Part shown: piece by piece, positions 37,859 to 47,112 of the stretch
How the letters are laid out: every line of letters starts with the position of its first letter
Position numbering within the stretch: the stretch's first letter is position 1
IMG/VR virus record: IMGVR_UViG_2737471835_000006
Source of the DNA: a virus
Lineage: Duplodnaviria; Heunggongvirae; Uroviricota; Caudoviricetes
Strand: one strand, 5' to 3'
Length of the DNA stretch: 53,176 nt
Made by a program: the position numbers and the translations under genes
Notes under the pieces: generated by a model
Database searches by the model: none
What the model was told of the DNA's origin: nothing
Seen by the model: the letters and a program-made list of their open reading frames with translations, nothing else

Positions 37859-38083
37859 ATGGAACTTCGTAAGGTTTCAATTGCGGCAGGAAGTGCCGTT
37901 GGTCCAGTAGCTTTGGCCTTGGTCGAGAATCTTCGCAAGATCTCAGGTGAACTCAACGCTAAGGATGCAGGTGATGTTCTTGCGATATTAAGTGGCGCCA
38001 TCGATAAGTTTGATGGCGCGCAAATGGATGAGGCTACTTTCTGGGAATCGGTTTGTAATCAGTTACTAGAAGCAACTTATTGA
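37859..38083 (+). CDS. Hypothetical small protein
   Basis: 74 aa; strong SD AAGGAGAAGAG upstream of the ATG. Confidence 0.4.
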   Translation: MELRKVSIAAGSAVGPVALALVENLRKISGELNAKDAGDVLAILSGAIDKFDGAQMDEATFWESVCNQLLEATY

Positions 38084-38267
38084 ATATTCCCAGGCTGAAA
38101 TCATCACCCGGATAAAGCTCTGATTTAGCTTTTGCAACATGCTTTGATAGGTCGGATTTCTCCTCGTAGCTCATACGACCAACCAACGCAGACAGTATTA
38201 CCTGGTGAGACTTTAGCTCCTTTTTAAGTAAAGCCAGTTCATCTTTAAGTTGTTCAAGCTCTGACAT
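38034..38267 (-). CDS. Hypothetical coiled-coil small protein
   Basis: 77 aa; convergent with and overlapping the 37859-38083 ORF by about 50 bp, so at most one of the pair may be real. Confidence 0.3.
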   Translation of the reverse strand: MSELEQLKDELALLKKELKSHQVILSALVGRMSYEEKSDLSKHVAKAKSELYPGDDFSLGIFNKLLLVTDYKPIPRK

Positions 38268-39005
38268 AAGAAAATCCTTTTTTGTTGTGTGGGCATTAAA
38301 GGTAGCACGACCGGGCGTGTTGAAAAATCCCGGAACTTAATTCTTCGGGTCGCCGACAGCACGATGACAGAGGGAAAGACTTCACCGGCATATGGCACAT
38401 GTGTCGAAGCGGTCTGGATGGAAGCGGAGCCTTAACGCGTTGTCTCCATAGCAGGTAGCCGGAATGTGCAAGCCACAGCCAGGTATGAGCGATTGATTCA
38501 CCATCAAGGCGATACGGTGTGACCACCAGGGAAGAGTCCTGGCTACAACACGAGAGCGCACTTCATCGACTCAACTTTGAGCTTTGTCGTTAAATTTTGA
38601 AATGGCGGAGTGCGCTCCCGGTTGTGGTGAACAGGTGTTTAACGGGAACTCCCTGCCCGTTACCCGGTTCGATTCCGGGCGCCCATCATCAATTTGCTGT
38701 GTTTAGTCTTTGCCCAGTCCGCACGATGGGCCATTTTTTCACACAGCCAGGTTTTATCGCTGTGCCTGAGTCCCCAACAGGAGAGGCCAAACCCGCAGCG
38801 TGACACCAGGGAAAGACCGGAGGAAGCACCACGCCTGACCAGCGTTGACCATGAGCCTGACCAGCTCAAAACAGGAAAGACCAGCCCCGTACGGTCGTGA
38901 TGGAAACATAACGACGCCGGAAACGTAACCGGCACCCTTTAGATAGCAAAAGACCCGCACAAGGCGGGCCAGTTACCCCGAACGGCGACCAAACCATTCG
39001 GATTT

Positions 39006-39029
39006 ATCACAAGTGACCAAACTTGTGAT
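39006..39029. promoter_or_regulatory. Perfect 9-bp inverted repeat ATCACAAGT-N6-ACTTGTGAT
   Basis: Read directly; lies upstream of the early-left operon. Confidence 0.4.
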
Positions 39030-39113
39030 GAGGAAAGACCAACGACACTGACGCTATGGAAGCTGATCAATATTCGCTGATCGGTCCCGAGTATACATTA
39101 CCAAGGAGTCGCT

Positions 39114-39434
39114 ATGGAAGCGCGCACCATCCCAGTAACACTCTTTATTCATTATGCAACTTCAACTTTCAGCCATGAAAAGCTGCTTATTGCGACGGTT
39201 GATATGTCAAAAAATTTTCCAGACAGGTACATCCTTATGGAAAGCCGCGAAATTGAAATTACCGTCAACCAGCCCCAGCCAATCGACATCATCGGTTTAC
39301 AGGTTCAGCAGCTGCGTGAGCAAAAACAGAAAACAGCCGCCGACGCCCAACAGCGTATTGCTGCTATCGATGACAAAATCCAGCAGTTACTTTGCATCGA
39401 ATACACGCCAGATACCGTTGAAATCCCCTACTAA
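39114..39434 (+). CDS. Hypothetical protein (first gene of early-left operon)
   Basis: 106 aa; SD AAGGAG 6 nt upstream. Confidence 0.45.
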   Translation: MEARTIPVTLFIHYATSTFSHEKLLIATVDMSKNFPDRYILMESREIEITVNQPQPIDIIGLQVQQLREQKQKTAADAQQRIAAIDDKIQQLLCIEYTPDTVEIPY

Positions 39435-39464
39435 AGACCACTGACCTGTAATGAGGAAAGACCA

Positions 39465-41681
39465 ATGACCATTTTTAACGGCTTGTTAGAAGCGAAAAAA
39501 GGTGCGCTCAAAAACGGCGCGATCCCGGCGCTGGCCATCGCCATCGACGCCCCTAACAAAAAAGTTGCCGAGAACATCATCATCGGCAAATTGTGGGAAG
39601 CCTACCCTGACCACGGCGACAACTATTTCAAACCTAAAATCTGGGAAGATGCCCCGGGCCAACCGCGCCCAGGCGTCGGTGAGTTTGATGAGACGTTTGC
39701 CACAGAACACAGTTTTGATGGCGAGAGATGGGTAGTTAACACTCCTGTTGATTCAGGTTGCAGTTCAGCAGATATCTCACAGGTTAGCGACCTGATGAAA
39801 CTGCCTGCTCGTGAACGCTTCGCCGCCGTCCTGCTGTTCAGCCACGATGCCAACGAAGTCGACAGTGAATTGCTTGCGCAGACGCGTGAATACCTGGAGA
39901 TGCTCGACAACAGTGATACTGACAGTGAGGATGAGGTTGACGCGTTTAACCGCATCGTTCTTGATGCCATGGTGGCGTGTAAGCCCATCGAGTACATGCA
40001 TATTGCTGGATTGAATAATCTGGTACATGCAATTTTGGCAAGTTGCGATACCCAGGAACAAAACCCGACCAGTTGGACTATCTCCAAATTTATAAAAAAA
40101 TGGGTAGAGAATCCCGGTAAACGCGATGAAATGCTGCCGGAGGTAAAACCAGAAACAGCATCCGCACGTCCTTACCAACAGACTCACGCCACACTGGATC
40201 GTGAAATTGCCTGCGCCCTGTTACCCGTTGGCCCGGAAAAAATCACCCCCAGCATCCTGAAAGCGGCAGACGAAATAATCAGTCAGGACAGGGAAGATTT
40301 TAAACGCTGGTCAATGGCCTTGCGCACAACGGATCAGATCCTTGCCTATGACCGTGCATCAGTATTCGGTGTTATTCAGAGCGCCCCCGCAAAAGACACG
40401 TACCACTTCCCACAATCCCTGCGCAGTCACATCGACAACTGGCTGCAAGCTAACGGGCAGCGTGATGCAAATGCTGTTGAAGAGAAGCCAAAGGAAGCAG
40501 CACCAAAGGATGATGTAAAAGTCACCAACCACGGCGGCGGACGATTCTCAATTGATGGGATGATGTCAGAAACACCCTCAAATCAGGGCGAAAAAAGCGA
40601 AGCTGCAAATGCTGGAGAACGTAGTTTGCAGCAGTTGCGTGAGCAGTTTGTCACGCCTCGCCATGTGTATGACGTACCTGAAAATAACGCCGTATCACAG
40701 AGGGAACCTGCAGCAATTACCCTGGCAGAAGAGACTCCTCCACAAGAAAAACTTAGCGAGCAGGTAAAGGATCTGGTGCAGAACGTTGACGCGCTGGTTG
40801 AGCGGGTCCATACCGAAGAGCACAAGCGGCAGAATGCAATCTCAGCTATCGAAACGGAGTTAAAGGACTCCGACGACACAGATAACCTGGCATTGTGGAA
40901 GAACGTATTCAAAACCGATGAGCGCTTCACCAGTGCTTTCTCTCAGAACGGCGGCGGCACATCCATCAACGGCACTTATATAGCGATGAAAGCGACTCGC
41001 GAATTTGGGCCGTTTGGTATTGGCTGGGGTGTAGAGGTGGTGGAAGAGCGTTTTGATAAAGGCGCACCGATAGTTCGCAAAAAACAGGTTGGTGAAAAAA
41101 TAGAATGGGATCTGATTCAAGACGGTGTTGGCGGGTACCTATGTGAAATGCACCACACCATGAAAGTTAGAGTCTGGTACATATTGAATGGAGTGCGCGG
41201 TGAGTCCGAGGCTTACGGATGCACACCTTATATCTACGACACTAAATACGGACCAACAAGCGACGGCGAAGCGCCGAAGAAATCCTGGACGGATGCTGTT
41301 AAGAAAGCGCTATCCCCTCTCGGATTCAGCGCCGATATTTTCATGGGCCTGTACGACAATCCGGAATACCGCCAGAGGAATAAAGCTGAGTTTGATATCA
41401 AGAATGCCAGCGAAAATGCGGAAGATGCTACCCGTCTGCGTAAGGAACTGGATGAGAAGCTTATCAACGTTGCCAATACGCTGGCCGCCGCGGTAACCGC
41501 CAACGAAGTAAACAAGGTATTTGGCCTCATCGCCCGCGAAGTGGATGTACACAGGAAAGCAGCGGAAGCCAAAGGCGATAAAGAATATTCATCGTATCTG
41601 GGATCACGTCTGCGCCGTATCAGCGACATCAAAACCGAACGCCTCGCCGCTCTCGCCGCCGCACAGGAGCAAACAGCATGA
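39465..41681 (+). CDS. Large early-left protein with C-terminal Rad52/Sak-like single-strand annealing domain
   Basis: 738 aa; C-terminal REFGPFGIGWGVEV ... EAYGCTPYIYD ... KKSWTDAVKKALSPLGFSADIF resembles Rad52-family SSAP motifs; acidic N-terminal half of unknown function. Confidence 0.45.
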   Translation: MTIFNGLLEAKKGALKNGAIPALAIAIDAPNKKVAENIIIGKLWEAYPDHGDNYFKPKIWEDAPGQPRPGVGEFDETFATEHSFDGERWVVNTPVDSGCSSADISQVSDLMKLPARERFAAVLLFSHDANEVDSELLAQTREYLEMLDNSDTDSEDEVDAFNRIVLDAMVACKPIEYMHIAGLNNLVHAILASCDTQEQNPTSWTISKFIKKWVENPGKRDEMLPEVKPETASARPYQQTHATLDREIACALLPVGPEKITPSILKAADEIISQDREDFKRWSMALRTTDQILAYDRASVFGVIQSAPAKDTYHFPQSLRSHIDNWLQANGQRDANAVEEKPKEAAPKDDVKVTNHGGGRFSIDGMMSETPSNQGEKSEAANAGERSLQQLREQFVTPRHVYDVPENNAVSQREPAAITLAEETPPQEKLSEQVKDLVQNVDALVERVHTEEHKRQNAISAIETELKDSDDTDNLALWKNVFKTDERFTSAFSQNGGGTSINGTYIAMKATREFGPFGIGWGVEVVEERFDKGAPIVRKKQVGEKIEWDLIQDGVGGYLCEMHHTMKVRVWYILNGVRGESEAYGCTPYIYDTKYGPTSDGEAPKKSWTDAVKKALSPLGFSADIFMGLYDNPEYRQRNKAEFDIKNASENAEDATRLRKELDEKLINVANTLAAAVTANEVNKVFGLIAREVDVHRKAAEAKGDKEYSSYLGSRLRRISDIKTERLAALAAAQEQTA

Positions 41682-42247
41682 GCACCGCTATCGCTATTGC
41701 AAAAGAATACGCCAGCCTGATTGACCTGCTGGAAACCTCCGACGAACTGACGCCAGAGATGATCGCCGACACACTTGAAGGTATGGAAGGAGAACTGGGA
41801 GACAAACTGGACGCCATGATGGTCATCTGCCGCAATTTACAGGGCAATGCCAGTACCTGCGCTGAAGAAATGTCTCGCCTGGCTACCCGTAAGACGTCCT
41901 TTGAAGGCAAGGAAAAAGCAATTCGGAAGCATATGCTCGCCTGCCAGCAAGCTGCTGGCCTGGATAAACTAAAAACCGCAAAAAACACATTTACTGATGC
42001 ACAGGGGGCTATCCGGGTAATTATCGATAGCAAAGATAAGATCCCGGATGAGTATGAAGGCGTGTCACTTGTTGATGTAGAAACGGTTATTACACCAAAC
42101 AAGCGAGCCATTAAAGAAGTGATTGAATCTGCGGAGGCGGTTGCCGCCGAAATACTGGCGCGTGGAGAAACACCACCAGCCGAGTTATTAAACCCGGTAC
42201 CAGGCGCACATCTGGAACGCGGCGAACGTTCGCTGAGGGTACGCTAA
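41678..42247 (+). CDS. Hypothetical protein coupled to the recombination protein
   Basis: 189 aa; ATGA overlap with the upstream gene; helical, acidic. Confidence 0.4.
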   Translation: MSTAIAIAKEYASLIDLLETSDELTPEMIADTLEGMEGELGDKLDAMMVICRNLQGNASTCAEEMSRLATRKTSFEGKEKAIRKHMLACQQAAGLDKLKTAKNTFTDAQGAIRVIIDSKDKIPDEYEGVSLVDVETVITPNKRAIKEVIESAEAVAAEILARGETPPAELLNPVPGAHLERGERSLRVR

Positions 42248-42429
42248 TGCTTAAACTCACATTAAAGCGTGGTGACGCGGTTCACCTGGTACTTGCCGAT
42301 GGTACCAATGGCATTATTGAAGCACGGAGTCGCTGCGAACTTGGGCTACACCTGCCAGAAAACATTAAGGTCACGCGGGAGAAATCGGCATTCCCCCCAC
42401 CAGAACTGATTACGCCTAATCAGAAATAA
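42247..42429 (+). CDS. Small beta-rich protein with CsrA-like sequence pattern
   Basis: 60 aa; TAATG overlap with the upstream gene; MLKLTLKRGD ... LGLHLPENIKVTREK loosely parallels CsrA. Confidence 0.3.
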   Translation: MLKLTLKRGDAVHLVLADGTNGIIEARSRCELGLHLPENIKVTREKSAFPPPELITPNQK

Positions 42430-42478
42430 AAACTCACCATCGCTAGCATTGCGATTCACCAGTAACAGGAGGATCACA

Positions 42479-42673
42479 ATGCTGCGATGGCAACCGGGAG
42501 CAACTCTGCTCTCCGCATTTGATATCAAAATTGGCCGACTGTCGGCCAGCGTCAGGAAACAGGCCTTGACCGAGTCTGATATTGCCCGTGCCTGCCATGT
42601 GGCAGATGACGCAATAAGCTACATAATGAGGAAAGACCATGAACGATCTGTTAAACGACGAGGAACTGGTTGA
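42479..42673 (+). CDS. Hypothetical small protein
   Basis: 64 aa from the Met preceded by SD AGGAGG (7-nt spacer); the six-frame ORF starts 30 nt upstream. Confidence 0.35.
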   Translation: MLRWQPGATLLSAFDIKIGRLSASVRKQALTESDIARACHVADDAISYIMRKDHERSVKRRGTG

Positions 42674-42854
42674 ACTGACCGGCTACCAGTTCCCGTCAAA
42701 ACAATGCGGCGCCCTGACCCGTGCCGGGATCTCTTATGTAAAACGCCGCGATGGGCGACCTCGCGTCACATGGACGCATGTAAACGCTGCGCTGTCCGGA
42801 GCAAGGTCCGTGCAGATTGCCGAAGAAGAACAACCAAATTTTGATGCAATCTGA
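42639..42854 (+). CDS. Putative excisionase / recombination directionality factor
   Basis: 71 aa immediately upstream of the integrase with overlapping stop/start. Confidence 0.4.
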   Translation: MNDLLNDEELVELTGYQFPSKQCGALTRAGISYVKRRDGRPRVTWTHVNAALSGARSVQIAEEEQPNFDAI

Positions 42855-43882
42855 TGAGCAGAACACGAAAAAGCGCGGAAGATAATAAGCTGCCACCCCG
42901 CGTTTATAAAAACAAATACAGCTATTATTTCAAACCAACGCCCCGAGAGTGTATTACGCTGGGTAAAATTAATGATCTGTCAATTGCTCAGGTATGGGTG
43001 AAATACGAAGAGATCCTGAATGATGCTATTGATGTCATGACGTTCAGTAAACTCTGGAACAAATTTCTCAACAGCACCTACTATCTGGAACTCGGTCAGC
43101 GTACACAAAAGGATTATCTGCAGCACCAGAAGAAATTACTCGCCGCGTTCGGGAAAATGAAAGCCGACAACATAAAACCTGCTCACGTGCGGCTGTATAT
43201 GGACAAGCGGGGGCTGAAAAGCAAAACACAGGCGAACCATGAAAAAGCCAGTATGTCGCGAGTATTCCGCTGGGGATACGAACGCGGATACGTAAAAGGG
43301 AATCCATGCCAGGGCGTCAGTAAATTTTCCCTCAAGCCCCGCGACTACTATTTCACGGACGAGGAATATATCGCAATTTATCAGGAGGCATCTCCCGTTT
43401 TACAGTGCGCGATGGAGATCGCCTATCTGTGCGCCACGCGGATCGGCGATATACGAAAGCTGACGTGGGATCAGGTTATGAGTAAGGGTTTGTTTATCCA
43501 ACAGGGTAAGACTGGCAAAAAGCAGATCAAACAGTATTCAGAGCGACTGACGTTCGCACTTGAGCAGGCGAAATCGTTGGGAGGACAACATTTCGTGGTC
43601 TGTAACAAATATGGCGGGCAATACAGTTATACCGGATTTAACGATATCTGGCGTAAAGCCAGGGCGGCGGCAAGTGAAAAGCTGGGCTACCCGATTACGG
43701 GAACGTTTCACGATTTAAAAGCGAAGGGGATCTCAGACTACGACGGAAGCAGTAAAGAAAAGCAGTTGTTCTCTGGTCACAAAACTGAGGCGCAGGTGCT
43801 GACGTATGATCGCAAACCTGCAGTTTCTCCGACTCTGGATATTCCGGTGCTGGATGTCACAGTTCTGAGCAGAAACCCGTGA
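42854..43882 (+). CDS. Tyrosine site-specific integrase
   Basis: 342 aa; phage-integrase architecture with C-terminal catalytic region (HDLKAKGISDY ... LFSGHK ... LTYDRK); adjacent to a tRNA-derived att core. Confidence 0.8.
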   Translation: MSRTRKSAEDNKLPPRVYKNKYSYYFKPTPRECITLGKINDLSIAQVWVKYEEILNDAIDVMTFSKLWNKFLNSTYYLELGQRTQKDYLQHQKKLLAAFGKMKADNIKPAHVRLYMDKRGLKSKTQANHEKASMSRVFRWGYERGYVKGNPCQGVSKFSLKPRDYYFTDEEYIAIYQEASPVLQCAMEIAYLCATRIGDIRKLTWDQVMSKGLFIQQGKTGKKQIKQYSERLTFALEQAKSLGGQHFVVCNKYGGQYSYTGFNDIWRKARAAASEKLGYPITGTFHDLKAKGISDYDGSSKEKQLFSGHKTEAQVLTYDRKPAVSPTLDIPVLDVTVLSRNP

Positions 43883-43967
43883 CGGTCTAATTCTAAGTGA
43901 ATATTCTAAGTCCGTTCTAACAGGGGGATCGACGGTGAAAAGTGAGTGACGTAAGTCATTGATAAAG

Positions 43968-44037
43968 TGGCGGAGAGAGGGGGATTTGAACCCCCGGTAG
44001 AGTTGCCCCTACTCCGGTTTTCGAGACCGGCCCGTTC
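43968..44037 (-). tRNA. tRNA-Ser (anticodon CGA) 3' fragment; att core copy, not a complete gene
   Basis: Minus strand reads anticodon arm CCGGT-CTCGAAA-ACCGG, long variable arm, T-arm GGGGG-TTCAAAT-CCCCC, acceptor 3' strand TCTCTCC and CCA; no complementary 5' acceptor strand exists upstream. Confidence 0.6.
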
Positions 44038-44163
44038 ATCAAACAAAACAGCAACTTAGCTCACATTATGAGGAAAAGTATCTTTTTTGTACTATGTAAA
44101 TTCAAAGGGTTAGCCTCATTTCCCAGATGGTTTTCTCAACACTATTAGTTGTGAGCCCTTGCA

Positions 44164-45266
44164 ATGTTCATTAATATACACCACACAAATAATTCACAGA
44201 TATTGCAAAATGCTCAGGTCAAAAATAAAATAAAACGTGTTGATCGTCTGCTCGGTAATGAATCTCTTCATCACGACATCCCCCTGATTTTCATAAACAT
44301 TATTTCCATGCTGACGAGCAAGCTGTCACTGTGTGTCATCGCCGTTGACTGGAGTGGATACCCCTCTCAGGAGTATCACGTACTCCGCGCCAGCCTGATT
44401 TGCGATGGACGTTCGATTCCATTGCTGAGTTGGATAGTTCCTTCGGAAAAACAGCAAAATGCTAAGATACAGCAAGCCTTTCTTAATACTCTTTCCGAAG
44501 CGGTAAACCCAAAAGCAAGGGTAATCATCGTCGCGGATGCAGGGTTTCAGAATGCCTGGTTTCGGCACGTAAAATCACTCGGCTCGGATTTTATTGGCCG
44601 GATACGAGGCAATAAACAACTACATCTGGCAAGAAAAGGGGAATGCTGGTTCAGGCGTCAGGAATTACAGGCCAGTAACAAACCTGAATATCTGGGGCCG
44701 GGGACGCTTTCCCGGGCGGAATACGCCCGTTGCGATGGTCATTTTTATTTGCACAAAAAAGAGCCGAAAGGCCGGAGAAATAAACGTTCGCGTTGTGGTA
44801 TAGCCAGACCATCACAGATAAAAGATGCCAGGTCGGCGGCAAAAGAACCATGGTTAATATTCAGCAGCACAGATGACTTTAAACCGCGAGAAATCATGAA
44901 GTTATACAGCCACCGAATGCAGATTGAGCAAAACTTCAGGGATGAAAAAAGTGAGCGTTTTGGGTTCGGTCTGCGAGCCAGTTGCAGCTGTTCGGCAGGA
45001 AGAATGCTGGTACTGAGCCTGCTGGCAACACTGAGCACAATAGTGCTGTGGCTTATTGGCTATCACGCTGAAAATCAAGGAGATATCAGGCCAACAGCAT
45101 TAAAACGCAGCGGGTAATCTCGCATCTGACGTTAGCGGAGAATGTCTTACGACACTCCCCGCTAATTTTAAAACGAACGGTGCTAAGCACCATTCTTAAT
45201 CACCTCGCCAGAACCTACCAGAATATGGTGTTGGTTTATTAGCGCTGATTTATGGGGATCCCTCAG
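44164..45266 (+). mobile_element. IS4-family (IS10-like) insertion sequence remnant with disrupted transposase
   Basis: 317-aa ORF 44164-45117 collinear with the IS10 transposase core (KRVDRLLGN, VIIVADAGF, SAAKEPWL, YSHRMQIEQNFRDEKS) but short at both ends; terminal repeat CTGAGGGATCCCCATAAAT (reverse strand) at 45248-45266; no left end found. Confidence 0.6.
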
Positions 45267-45407
45267 CGCTTATGCGGGCTTTTTCATCTACTTAAATTAC
45301 GGTGTTTAATACATCCCCCTCAACGGGTATCATTCTTTTCTTTCATCGATCCAAACTTTCCACCATAAAAATGAATCCCCATATGATCTAGAAGCGAATA
45401 TCGATTA

Positions 45408-47111
45408 CTATGTGGGGTCGACCAACCAACCTTCAATATAATGGAAAGGAACTGGGTATCGGTAACAGCGACACGCTGTAAGAACTAATGGTGCATACCC
45501 TTTAATCACGGCTGACATTCTCTTAAACGAATCTGCATTATTACACTCTTGTGCAATGTGTTTTATTGCTAATTCGCCATTCATCGGGAAATCTGTTGAC
45601 GCTGAGCCATGTGTATCTGAGTTCGAGTACATATATTGTTCACTGTATTGATTTGGATACCAATACTGTAGCGTGCTATGTGCCAGTTTTTCAGTAGCAA
45701 ACTCTTCCAAATCTTTGCTTAAAGAGTCTAATTTATACAGAGAGCAAAAGACTGTTAACAGAGGATATAAAATACTAGCCTCAGTAACCTTATTCTTATA
45801 AATCTTGTCAGTTTTATCTTTATTCCTATGTTCAATCAGTTTTTCGTAAGTTTCATATATAATTGGATACATTCCATTGATCTCAAAAGAGAATATACAT
45901 CTATTAACCATTTCCGATAGCCAACTTTTCACAAACTCATCGAGCTCTGAATTATTTGAGAGTAACATTAGAGCTAACCCAATATCTATCGCCTGAGAAT
46001 CTTTTTGCGGTGAGAGCAGAACCGGATTGTTGATAACTAATAGACGAATTGACTTTGTTATTTTCCTGAGATGTATACATAACCTTTCTTGTTCTTTGCT
46101 CTCTCCATCAATTGGTGGGTTCTCTGCATAATTCTTAGACAACAAATCTAAAATCCAGTGTCCCTTGACGGATAAACGACCTAGCACATCAAAAAGCTTA
46201 AAGTTTATATCAATAGAGCACGGGGAGCGAACAGCATGAGATAAAGCATATTTAAATTCAACATACGGAATTAAACAACGTTCAATATAGCAATCAGTAA
46301 TTTGCTGGTAGGTATCTAAAATGCTATCAAATGACTTTGAAGGCCTATTCTTTCCGGTATAGTGTTCTTTTACTTTATCCCAAGCTAACAGCAATGCTCG
46401 TTCTGATGAAAGATATGCTGATTCTAAATTCCCGCCATCACGACACCAAGCAAATAAAACCCATAGACAAACATTTATCCGTGTTATCGATGAGGCAACA
46501 GAATCTGAATCTGTAGCGTTTTTCAGAACATCATTAATCAATAGAAAGAAGTAATTGCTAGAAGTCTCTGGTTCTTCAAGTAAAGCCAAAGATTTTCTTA
46601 ATAAGGTCTGGCTGGAACTAGGTAGTAATTCTTCTTTCAACAAATGCTGCTGGATAAGCTCAGATATTTTATCACCATTCCACTCTTCAAAAGAAATATT
46701 ACCTTGAGTATTTCGTGTTTCATACCCAGACACCTCTTGCCTGATCCCTGAGCTAACATCTCCACCAAAGCATAAGCAAATAACTATTTTTTTATCTCTA
46801 TGTTCGGGCGGTAAACGACTTGGTATAAATGAATCTTGAATCTCATCTAACGAAGGTCTAAGAGCCTGATCTGCGTTTCCATTCCATGTCTCACGAGTAA
46901 GGTTTCCAGATTTAACAGAAAATAAATAGACTTTTGTCTCTTCACCATTTATTTGGCCTACAGCCGCTATATCTACTCCATACTCTTTCACTCCACGGGT
47001 TGGCGAAATAAACACATTCATCCCCATACTGCTCAACAAATCTGGCAGTATAGCATCTAACTCTGCTCGTTCTTTTAATGAAGCCAAGTATTGCTTAAGA
47101 ATTAATTTCAT
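45408..47111 (-). CDS. Uncharacterised large protein with Mrr-type restriction-endonuclease-like N-terminal domain
   Basis: ATG start at 47111 lies 1 nt after the upstream gene's stop (the track's 47126 start is a GTG). N-terminal SPTRGVKEYGVDIAAV ... KVYLFSVKSG resembles the Mrr catalytic-domain pattern; rest helical; AT-rich. Confidence 0.5.
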   Translation of the reverse strand: MKLILKQYLASLKERAELDAILPDLLSSMGMNVFISPTRGVKEYGVDIAAVGQINGEETKVYLFSVKSGNLTRETWNGNADQALRPSLDEIQDSFIPSRLPPEHRDKKIVICLCFGGDVSSGIRQEVSGYETRNTQGNISFEEWNGDKISELIQQHLLKEELLPSSSQTLLRKSLALLEEPETSSNYFFLLINDVLKNATDSDSVASSITRINVCLWVLFAWCRDGGNLESAYLSSERALLLAWDKVKEHYTGKNRPSKSFDSILDTYQQITDCYIERCLIPYVEFKYALSHAVRSPCSIDINFKLFDVLGRLSVKGHWILDLLSKNYAENPPIDGESKEQERLCIHLRKITKSIRLLVINNPVLLSPQKDSQAIDIGLALMLLSNNSELDEFVKSWLSEMVNRCIFSFEINGMYPIIYETYEKLIEHRNKDKTDKIYKNKVTEASILYPLLTVFCSLYKLDSLSKDLEEFATEKLAHSTLQYWYPNQYSEQYMYSNSDTHGSASTDFPMNGELAIKHIAQECNNADSFKRMSAVIKGYAPLVLTACRCYRYPVPFHYIEGWLVDPT

Positions 47112-47112
47112 T

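Noticed and set aside
38600-38687. Possible complete tRNA gene ending at the T-arm-like hairpin
   Set aside because: A 5' acceptor strand complementary to the 3' strand and a proper D-arm and 7-nt anticodon loop could not be built; kept only as a tRNA-like element in the findings.
38597-38960. 60-91 aa ORFs on both strands in the early-left leader
   Set aside because: Mutually overlapping, no SD sequences, Pro/Arg/Ser-rich translations; the region is better explained as non-coding regulatory or structured RNA.
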